NCBI GenBank assembly: GCA_044892525.1
Contig: CM097885.1
Coordinates: 18,850,001 to 18,914,000 of the forward strand
Direction: 5' to 3'
Source: Schmidtea polychroa
Lineage: Eukaryota
Length of the DNA stretch: 64,000 nt
Position numbers and translations under genes: made by a program
Notes under the pieces: generated by a model
Database searches by the model: none
Seen by the model: the letters and a program-made list of their open reading frames with translations, nothing else
What the model was told of the DNA's origin: nothing
Shown here: positions 11,900 to 20,900 of the stretch, piece after piece
Layout: each line of letters begins with the position of its first letter
Position numbering within the stretch: the stretch's first letter is position 1

Positions 11900-12667
11900 T
11901 TATTGGGAGCCACCGACCTCATCCCTTAATTTTACGGGAGGTTCAGGTGCTCGTCTTTTGCTCAACTCGTTCATTCTTATTACTTCGAGTTGCGTTGCTA
12001 TCAACTGTCTCTTTAATTCTGGTATTTCTTGTAATTGCTTCTCTTTACTTTTCCATTTTCTCTGCTTGATGGTTATTGCCGTCTGCAATGCTTGCATGCT
12101 TCGTCGTTTTTGATTTAAGATTCTCCGGTAATTTTCTTTCAACTTCCATTGTTTTTCTGTTTCCTCTCTTTGTTCCTTGATCTCTTCCTTGAGTTTTACA
12201 TTTCTCTTCTCGACTTTTTTACTTTCTCGCACTCTTGTTTTTGCATAAGCATATTGTGCTTCTAACTGCTCGATATAGACTTGGTCGATATTCACAATCT
12301 TTTTCAACTTCCTTGTTTCTGATTTCCAATAATCTTCGATTACTGCCTGAGCTCTCAACTCTACTATCTCTTGTCTCAGGTTTTTATTTTCTGTCTCTTT
12401 TCGTTTCGATTCCTTTATTTTCCTCAAAATTTCTTGCTTGACAGTGTTTATTAATCGTCTTGATTGAACAATATGCTGCCTCAATCTCGTAATCTCTACA
12501 TTTTGATTTGCAATCTTTAATTTGAACAACTTCTTGCTGACTCTCCATTTATTGCTATAATATTTCATCGGTTCTTGTTTGATTGGTATCATATCCTGGT
12601 TTTGTTCAGGTTGGTCGTTTGACTTTCCTTCGTTACTCGTTGATTCTCTTTCTTTTAAATAATTCAT
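11900..12667 (-). CDS. Accessory basic coiled-coil protein
   Basis: Long K/E/R/Q-rich ORF; I place the start at ATG 12667 (MNYLKE), after TTTTTGTAG-AT, rather than at 12685. Confidence 0.75.
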   Translation of the reverse strand: MNYLKERESTSNEGKSNDQPEQNQDMIPIKQEPMKYYSNKWRVSKKLFKLKIANQNVEITRLRQHIVQSRRLINTVKQEILRKIKESKRKETENKNLRQEIVELRAQAVIEDYWKSETRKLKKIVNIDQVYIEQLEAQYAYAKTRVRESKKVEKRNVKLKEEIKEQREETEKQWKLKENYRRILNQKRRSMQALQTAITIKQRKWKSKEKQLQEIPELKRQLIATQLEVIRMNELSKRRAPEPPVKLRDEVGGSQ

Positions 12668-12750
12668 ATCTACAAAAATATACATATCATATTTCCTTTT
12701 GTCTTCTTTTTATTCTGAATTTTTTGGTTTTGTAATTTTTATTTGGTTTT

Positions 12751-12752
<2 letters not shown>

Positions 12753-12805
<53 letters not shown>
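12753..12805 (-). repeat. Poly(A)53 tract on the element sense strand
   Basis: 53 consecutive T on +, 32 nt downstream of the stop of ORF 12838..14436. Confidence 0.95.
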
Positions 12806-12837
12806 CATTCTTATTTACAGGCAACATCTCCCTTCGA

Positions 12838-14436
12838 CTAAATCCATGTTGCGTTATTTTGTTCGTTATTTTCATCGAAGCCTTCATCTGTGGTGACTTC
12901 GGCAGGCTGTGGCACTTGCAACGGGAACGGGTAGAGTGGCATTAATAATATTGGTGGTTGTCTCCTTAACCGATCTATTTCCTCTCGTAGTTCCGTTGAG
13001 ATGTTTATTTCCTCATCCAATAAAAACGTTAATCTACCTTCGTTTTCTATCATTTCGTTTAATTCCTCTTCCAATCGTTGGGTTCTTTCGAGCGTTTTTA
13101 GTTTCTCAATTTCCGCTCTCAAATTTGCTTCATTTTCTTCGAAGCATCGTTTTATTATCTCGGTTTCCTGTTTGGTTTGTTGAATTGTCTTGTCGCACTC
13201 CTCTCTATATTTCGCATTAAGCTCAATCTGGTGCTTCCAATTCACATCCCTTTGGGTGTACATACCTTTATATCCGTTCATCTCTTGATTGGCTTCTTCC
13301 ACTTCGGTTTGTAATTGTCGGATCTGTCGATCTTGGTCTGTCAATTGTTGTTCCCATCTCTTTTCCTGGAATTCATACCTTCTTATTTCTCGAGTCTGTT
13401 TCTTTATGATTCTCTGTCTACCGTCGCTGATCCGCGTCTTGATTCTATGTTCTCTACTCAATCGGCTGATCTCATCTTTTTGGTTTTCTATCGTTTCCCA
13501 TATTTTAAATTCGTCTCTTTCCATCAGTTTTATTGGTAACTGTCTTAACTCCTCTTTGGTCTCTTTCCAATTCTTTTTCCATTTTCGGGCTTGATGCTTG
13601 AGACACTTTTCGGTTTCCTCAGTTTTCTGCTGTCGTTTCCTCCACTCTACTTCCTCTTCTTCTCGCTGTGCAGCTCTTGTTTCGTAAAATTCTTGGTCTG
13701 CTTTTCGTAATCGCAGTTGTTCCTTGCTACTGATTTTCCAATAGAGCACTTGAGTTTGACTTCCTAGGTATTTATACTTCCATTTCTGGGCTTGTATCTT
13801 TATTTGTGTGTTAATTCGCTCTAATACGTTATCTCTAACAATTGGTTCTCTATGCGGTGTTCTCCTCCCTTGCCCTCTGACTTCGTTTAGGGTCTTTTTG
13901 CATCTGTCCCATTTTTCTTTCATCATTGCGCATTTGCCCTTTACTTCTTCTAGTTCGGCCTTGTAATTCCGTATTTGATGTTCGTGACTATCATTCTGCC
14001 TTGTCTGGAGGGTTTCGTACTTTAGTTTCCATTGTTGCGCTTGTAGTTTTATTCGTTCCGTTTTACGCTGTTCCTCCTCGTATTGTTCCTTTGCTTCCCT
14101 AATTTGTGCCTTCTGCATTATTATCTCTCCGCATAACCCAACTATCTCCATAATCCGCTGAGTTCGTAAATTCGAGAGCTCTTCCTCCAATTCTTGGTAT
14201 GTTGAGGTATTTCTCACATCCTCGGTTAATTCCTCTACCTGTTTCATCCACTCCTCCTTTGTTGCTAGTGCTTCCGCCTTCTCCGCTTCTAATTCTTGTT
14301 GCTTTTTCTCATACATGGTTTTGTACATTTCTATTTCTCTCTTTACTCTTTCTGCTTCGTATGTTTGTATGATGGATTTGTACTGTTCGAGTTGTTGCAT
14401 CTCGGTTTCCACATAGGTTTGTGATTCTTTATTCAT
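12838..14436 (-). CDS. Accessory long coiled-coil protein
   Basis: 532 aa, E/K/Q/R-rich heptads; internally repeated Q(A)xxWKxKY motif. Confidence 0.8.
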   Translation of the reverse strand: MNKESQTYVETEMQQLEQYKSIIQTYEAERVKREIEMYKTMYEKKQQELEAEKAEALATKEEWMKQVEELTEDVRNTSTYQELEEELSNLRTQRIMEIVGLCGEIIMQKAQIREAKEQYEEEQRKTERIKLQAQQWKLKYETLQTRQNDSHEHQIRNYKAELEEVKGKCAMMKEKWDRCKKTLNEVRGQGRRTPHREPIVRDNVLERINTQIKIQAQKWKYKYLGSQTQVLYWKISSKEQLRLRKADQEFYETRAAQREEEEVEWRKRQQKTEETEKCLKHQARKWKKNWKETKEELRQLPIKLMERDEFKIWETIENQKDEISRLSREHRIKTRISDGRQRIIKKQTREIRRYEFQEKRWEQQLTDQDRQIRQLQTEVEEANQEMNGYKGMYTQRDVNWKHQIELNAKYREECDKTIQQTKQETEIIKRCFEENEANLRAEIEKLKTLERTQRLEEELNEMIENEGRLTFLLDEEINISTELREEIDRLRRQPPILLMPLYPFPLQVPQPAEVTTDEGFDENNEQNNATWI

Positions 14437-14518
14437 TGTCTAAATAATTACACTATTACTACCACTATTATTTCATACATTTATTATCTACACTTTATAC
14501 ACGGAATTTTAATTTTTG

Positions 14519-15697
14519 TTATTGATCGGCGTAGCGGAATCCTTTGATTCGCTGCGCAATCCTCTGTCTGCACATCGGACATTCCTTTACTTTTCTACTA
14601 CATGTGGCACATGCGATCAAATGTCCGCATGGCATATGAATAACTTCTACACTCCTCTCCCAACACATAGTACATTTGATATCTCGTAAGATAGCTGTTT
14701 TGACCATTGATTCTTCTTTTATTTTTGTTTCAGGTTTTTCTCTATACTGGGTTATCGCTCTGATCATATCGTACGTTGTTGTTGGTATATGTACATTTTT
14801 CTGTAGTTTCTCTCTAATCATGTTCTTTGCCCTTGTCGTGCCTATTCCGGCTGCTTTCAACGCTCTGCACATGTTGGGTTTGTCTACCACTTCGTCAACC
14901 TCTTCCTCTGTTACTAGTACTTCCGGATATTCGGTTTCTTGTTCGTTGTGATATAGGCACCATGCTTGATGTCTAATTTCTGGTATGCCTTCTTCCGGTA
15001 ATCTCTGTTGGCTTTCGCATCTTTCACACTTTAGTATTTGATTTTCTGTTAGGTAGAACCCTCTTATTGCTAATTCAGGTCCTCTCGTATCATCTCCGAA
15101 CGTTTTCATTCTATTATCTGCTATTTGCGTGAGGAATTCCCCTTCACAAGTTGGAACATACTCATCAACGATTCTGGTTATCGCGATGCTCATTTTCCCT
15201 CCTTTTTCGTCTTCAGTTTTCAATTTCTCCAAGGCTTCGTATTTGATTTCCGGTTTGTTGTGTACATCAAATCCCAGTACGAATAGACAAGTTGGGAATC
15301 GTCTACGATGTTCCTCCTTTGGGTGTTCTCCTTTTTTCCATTCTGCTAATTTCCCTTTACAGAAACGACATGTTACTTGATCGGGTATCTCTGGTTTTCC
15401 GGAGAAGAAAAATCCGTCGCGTGCTAGCGCTCGGCTCTGTTCCTTGGTGAAAATGGTCTGATGTTCAAATGACAGATATCTCTGGTTCTCACATCTGAAT
15501 TGTTCATTATCTCCCAGTTTCAAATTTTCGTGTACCCAATTATAATCGTTTCCCATTCTCCGATAATATGCGTAACTACTTGGTTTTGTTTTGCTGACTT
15601 CCGCATCCTTCACTCTTTCTCTAGGTGGCATATTGTCCTCTTCCTCTCTCATTGTGATCGTTTTCTTTCGGATATTCGGTCTCTCTTGATTAATCAT
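14519..15697 (-). CDS. Inhibitor-of-apoptosis (IAP) protein: BIR, degenerate BIR, C-terminal RING
   Basis: LARDGFFF..DQVTCRFC..LAEW...EH....PTC (BIR); RMKTF...LAIRGFY...CERC...H...C; CTMCWER..VIHMPCGHL.ACATC....CPMCR (IAP-type RING). Confidence 0.92.
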   Translation of the reverse strand: MINQERPNIRKKTITMREEEDNMPPRERVKDAEVSKTKPSSYAYYRRMGNDYNWVHENLKLGDNEQFRCENQRYLSFEHQTIFTKEQSRALARDGFFFSGKPEIPDQVTCRFCKGKLAEWKKGEHPKEEHRRRFPTCLFVLGFDVHNKPEIKYEALEKLKTEDEKGGKMSIAITRIVDEYVPTCEGEFLTQIADNRMKTFGDDTRGPELAIRGFYLTENQILKCERCESQQRLPEEGIPEIRHQAWCLYHNEQETEYPEVLVTEEEVDEVVDKPNMCRALKAAGIGTTRAKNMIREKLQKNVHIPTTTYDMIRAITQYREKPETKIKEESMVKTAILRDIKCTMCWERSVEVIHMPCGHLIACATCSRKVKECPMCRQRIAQRIKGFRYADQ

Positions 15698-15837
15698 CTA
15701 TAATAAATTTCATCATTTCTTTTTACATTTTCTTTTTCTAATTTTTATGGTTTTGGCAAGTTACTTTACTGTATACAATAACTTTATATTTACTTTACAT
15801 CGTTTTTACAAAATATTTACAGTTCCCTTCTATCCGT

Positions 15838-17262
15838 CTATCGTATTTCTATTGTTGGTCCTTCCTCATCTAGTTCGATTAGGAAGAATATAGTGTCCTT
15901 TTCTATGTAGGACCCTTCATTAAATTGGTATAGCTGCATAAACTCTGCTACTCCTACCGCAGGATTAACCTCTGTAATCGGTTTATTCCCTGCTGGACTG
16001 GATGCTCGAAAACACATTATATGTGTCTTTTTTGCTCCTAAGAGAGATATTTTTAATCTATGTCGGAATGGCCATGCTATTAGGTCGTCAAAATCTCCTT
16101 TACAAATCTGCATATATATGGACATGCACCGATCTTTAAACTTTCCTTCACCATTTGGAAACCATCTCAATTTCATCTTGTATCCATGTTTCTTGGCGTA
16201 GAATGGTTTGCTCACTATCGTTGTCTGGATTCCTTGCTTTGCTTGCTCCATTATTTCCGTTATTCCTTGGATTTTCCACATGTATGGCAGTATTGGTAGT
16301 TCCTCTGTTGTCAGTTCCTTTGTAGTCCATTTGGTTTGTAATTTAGTTACTTCGACTAATTTGTCGTCTAATTTCAACATCCTTTGTGTTACGGCTTCTC
16401 TCGTATTTTCGAAGCTTTCCTGTGAGCTCAGCATTTCTTTTATCATGATTTTATGTGATTTGAGTTCGTCTTTGACGTCTTCAATTGCTCTTGCTGTTAA
16501 CTCTATTGCTCTCATCATCTTTTGCATGTGCTCGAATGTATTCTCCTCCACATGCTTCTTCATTTCTTCTGCTGGTAATTGTGCTCTACAGTCGAATGTC
16601 ACCATTGGGCATTTTATTGCTTTTCTCGTGCATATCTCCCAATGTTCATTTAATCTGACGTTGTTAATTTCTCCACACTCGTTTGGGCATTTCCCTGTAT
16701 ATTCGTCGCAAATCCGTCTTTCTACTGCGTTTCGATGTTCCATTTCGATTTCTCTCCAATTAGCAGTTTCTCCGCAAAATTCGCATTTTTCCGTTCGCGC
16801 TTCGCATTCCCCTTTATGTTTGGTTTTCTCTTTTCGTAAAAACTTTACCGTGCATGCTTCGCATTCCGATTCCAGATATTCGCATACGTCTGTATGGGCT
16901 CTTAACTCCTTTACTCGGCCTGTCCATTCGCATGACCTTTGGGTGCATCTTATTTTCACTTCTCTGATTTCTCGGTTCATTGCTCTATCCGGTATCGTAC
17001 CAGTGGGAACCAACTTAAATGCTTCTCCACATCCTGGACAAGTTTCTCGCTTTAGTCTGGCTAATCTTATATCACACCCTCGGCACAATCTACACCCGCA
17101 TCGAGTTTGACTTGCTCCAATTAATAATCTTCTACATGCTGTATCGGCACATAATAATCTCTCTTCGAACTCGTCCGGCTCGGCTTGGTATTTTCTCATC
17201 AACTCATAGTTAATCTTTTGTTCCTCTGCTTCTCTCCGGTTTTCCTCTGCTTTGTTTTGCAT
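15838..17262 (-). CDS. TRAF-family protein (RING-like, TRAF zinc fingers, coiled coil, MATH)
   Basis: Cys-rich N-terminus; C..GC/SC.W.G...L..H...C zinc fingers; MATH motifs WKI...SKPFY..GYKMKLR.FPNG...GDFDDLIAWPF...DTIFF. Confidence 0.92.
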   Translation of the reverse strand: MQNKAEENRREAEEQKINYELMRKYQAEPDEFEERLLCADTACRRLLIGASQTRCGCRLCRGCDIRLARLKRETCPGCGEAFKLVPTGTIPDRAMNREIREVKIRCTQRSCEWTGRVKELRAHTDVCEYLESECEACTVKFLRKEKTKHKGECEARTEKCEFCGETANWREIEMEHRNAVERRICDEYTGKCPNECGEINNVRLNEHWEICTRKAIKCPMVTFDCRAQLPAEEMKKHVEENTFEHMQKMMRAIELTARAIEDVKDELKSHKIMIKEMLSSQESFENTREAVTQRMLKLDDKLVEVTKLQTKWTTKELTTEELPILPYMWKIQGITEIMEQAKQGIQTTIVSKPFYAKKHGYKMKLRWFPNGEGKFKDRCMSIYMQICKGDFDDLIAWPFRHRLKISLLGAKKTHIMCFRASSPAGNKPITEVNPAVGVAEFMQLYQFNEGSYIEKDTIFFLIELDEEGPTIEIR

Positions 17263-17351
17263 TCTACAATGATGATTTTTAATCTTGGGATTTCTACTTG
17301 ATTATAACTCTATTTATTTACAGGATTATTTACATTTCACTCCTTTCTCTC

Positions 17352-17807
17352 CTACACATCTACCGTCGAGTCCGGTTCCCCTGTTCCTGGTAACCCGGTC
17401 ATCCACTCGACTAAACTGGTAATATCATCATGTTGTCGATTTTCATGCAACCTTCTAATTTCTTCCGCTTGCCATCTGATTTGGCTTATTAACTGATTGT
17501 TATTATACTCTAGTTGCGCGATTATTTGGTGTTGTTCCTCTATTTTTGTAATATATATTGCATTTCTATTAATACTCTCTATCAACGCCGTTTGGTTTCG
17601 TACCCAGTGCTCTTGAGTCTGATTTGTCAATTGGGTCATTAATTCACACTGTACCCTCCACATGGATCCTGTTGGCTGACTCGGCTGGTTTGGCACGTTC
17701 ATTTCCATCATGTCTACTGGATGTACATTCATAAGCGGCTGTTCTCTTACTTCAACAACATGTGGTATCCCATTTGGGTGTTCTTGCTCTTCGTTTCTCT
17801 GGTTCAT
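17352..17807 (-). CDS. Accessory protein of unknown function (Q/N-rich, short coiled coil)
   Basis: 151-aa ATG ORF in the same strand and spacing pattern as its neighbours. Confidence 0.7.
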   Translation of the reverse strand: MNQRNEEQEHPNGIPHVVEVREQPLMNVHPVDMMEMNVPNQPSQPTGSMWRVQCELMTQLTNQTQEHWVRNQTALIESINRNAIYITKIEEQHQIIAQLEYNNNQLISQIRWQAEEIRRLHENRQHDDITSLVEWMTGLPGTGEPDSTVDV

Positions 17808-17955
17808 TCCTATTTATAATACATGGTCATCATACTTGTTTTTGATTTTTCTACATATTGTTTTAATTTACTACTTTTATTTTGTACATACTACTACTAT
17901 TATCACTACTTTTATCATTTCATTTATACATTATTTACAACAACTCCTCCTCTCG

Positions 17956-20900
17956 TTATACCAGTGTCGCCATGGGGCCGGAATGCAGCGTGCGCATTCC
18001 CCCATATCTTTCGTCCGTTATTCGGTATATATCGACTTCGTGTGTCCATTCGTTCGGTGTGGGTATTCTTGGTAGTTCCGACATCCACAATCCGCTGGAT
18101 CCGGGATCCTCTACCACCTCGTATTCTTCTAGATTCAGATTCTCTGTTGGAATACCGTATTCAAATTTTTCCACTTTGGGCCATTTTCTTTGGTTTCTCG
18201 GTTTTTGTTTACATCTTTTGGTGGTTCTTATCCACTGAATCATTGCTAACGCTATTATCGTGCTTACTATCGCGCTAGTTATCCATATCATCTTTGTGAT
18301 GATCGTTGTTCCATTATTTGTTTTTTCTGTCGTTAATATTGTACTACCTGTGGTATTTGTTTCTGGTGCTTTGATTTTCTTGAATGCTTGATGTAATCGT
18401 TCCTTCTCTTTTTCTGTTAGGTGACTGTGATTTTCCCGTTTCTCTCCCCCTTTTTGATCTCGGGGTATCCACGGTATGTTTATTAATTGGGGTTTTTGTC
18501 GAGTTATTGGTTGACATACGCTGGTTCCTCTTCCTTTCTTAAGGATACATACTTGGTATCGTTCTTTCCGTTTCCCTGTCTCCATTTTAACGTCTGTACC
18601 TTTGTCTATTGGTGTTGTTGTGCAGTCGATTATTCCCGTCTTATCCATTACACATATCCTTATGATTGGTTCTCCTTCCTGGTTTTTGACTGTAATTACC
18701 TCTTCACCTTTCTTGTTGAGGTTAATAGTTATCTGCACTTCCCGTCTTTCGTCTTTAATTACTTCGTTAATCCATGTTGTTGTTGTTATTAATTCGGTTT
18801 GATTTTGCTCTGTTGTTGTTTTTGTACTAACTGATTTGTTTGGCTTCTTGGTTGTTATCCCCCTCAATGGATCTTGTTTCATTGCCATACTCTTTGGCTT
18901 GTCTTTTCTTGGTGCAGTTCTTGTTCCTTTACATACTACTATCCCTTGTGTTCCTGCGCATACCACAGTAGGGGTATTTGGTTTGACCTCTCCCCAGAAG
19001 AATTTGTGGTCTTGTGTCATATCAGTTATTATGCATATGTCTCTGTCTTCTCTGATGCATACATGTGTAATTGATCGACTCCCTTTATCTTCTATTTCGA
19101 TACCTTCTTCCAAAATGTTGAGTTGAAAATGTACTCCGGTTTCGTTGGCTCTTTCTAGCTCCATTTCCTTTGTTGATATGTCTCTACAGATGTCATAATC
19201 TCCACATAGCCTGGGATCTCTTTTTTGGCTGCTAAAAATCTTTCCTTTTGTTATCGATCTGAAATCACAACTTACTCCTGTTCCTTCCATTAGTTGCACA
19301 CATATTCCGACGGCATTTCCGTCGTAATCACTGACTTTTATCATAAATACTTCACCTTCTTGGGAAGCTTCTCTTACGATTCTCATATTTTTTGTTTCTG
19401 TTAAACAGATGGATGTTAATATTATAAATATTCTTTGTAGTAGGATTGGCTGGATTTGATTTCGACACACTATGCTATGTAGTGGGGACTTTCGTTTTTT
19501 GTTCTCCGTTTTGTCGAATCCTTGATCTTCACCTCGACATTGGTCTTCTTCGTCTTCTTCCAATTCCTCATCATCACTCGTTGTTTCTCCGCCTTCCGGA
19601 TTCTGTTCTCTGTCGTTTTCCTCTGGGTTGTTATCGTTATCCCCCATCCTTTCGTCGTCGTCGTCGTCGTCATTCCTCTCACCCGGGGTTTTCCTGAAAA
19701 TGTCGTCCTCGACATTTGCTGCTTTGATCATCTCCTCGTATTTTTTAATTATCTCTTTTTTGTCGTTGTGGATACTTTCTCGTTCTTCTTTGGTTCCTTG
19801 ATATTTCCGTTGTTTCCGGTGCCATTCCCACACTAGTATTCCTAGTTGCTTTTTCATCGCATGTGTTTTTGTGCATTTCCACCAATTACCTGTCAATTCT
19901 GTTCTATTTCTCTGTAATATTGCTTTAATGGTTTTTGGCATTGGTGGTCTTGAGTATATGGCGCTTCTTAGTACGATATTTTCGTTGTTTTGGAATTGAT
20001 TTATATCAATTACTTCCGCTCTTAATTCGTTTTGTTTCCATTTGATTAATATTGCTGCGGTTCTGTCTAAGTTTCCTCTGATGGCTTCCAGAATTGGTTC
20101 AATGCTCTGTCCCAACACCTCGGCTTCTTCGGTTGTTGCATTTCCTGTGATAAAGTTCACTATACTAGGTCTTTTTGACCTGACGGCATAACGTAATACG
20201 GTTCGTTGTTTGTTGTCTTTTTCTTTCAGCGTGGATCCCGTTCTTAATAATTCTCTGAGTACATCTCTTGACGCGCCTATTGCTATGGCTTTCATCAGTG
20301 GAGTTTTTCCTTTACTGTTTTTGACGTTTGTTGATTGTTTGCAGTTTTCCATTATTCGTATAATCTCTAAAGCTCGTTTTTCTTGTCCTGCTTTCACTGC
20401 ATGATGGATTGGCCAGTTATTACTCAAATCACTTGTTAGGAACATGATTGGTAATCTCCGGATTAGTTCATATATTTGAGTCGGTATTTGTAATCCTTCG
20501 GCATATCTTCGTCCTTTCGCATATCTTTCTGCTACTAACATTAGTTTGCCCAATACTTGGTATTTATTGGTTATATCGGCCCATTCTGGTACAATTTCTC
20601 GTGCTATTTTTACTGTCATATTCCATGTTGCTTGGCTCCTTGCCATTGCGTCAGCTTCGCTTTCTGCTTCAGTTCCTTTATGGGCGCTGCTGCTTGTTTC
20701 TCCTCTCAACATGAATATCCGTCTTGTCTGTGATCTAGTTAATCTACCGCTTACTTCTGGTTCCGTTGTGGCATTTGTTTGTGATCTCGTGATTATCCTT
20801 CTTGTTTCTGGATCTTTAGTGGCAGTTTTCGCCACTGCTTTGCATCGACATGTATTCACATAAATGGGTCTAATTAGTGGATTGTTAACCAACTTCACTC

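Noticed and set aside
12687..12896. Poly-K and poly-F ORFs
   Set aside because: Translations of the A53/T53 homopolymer.
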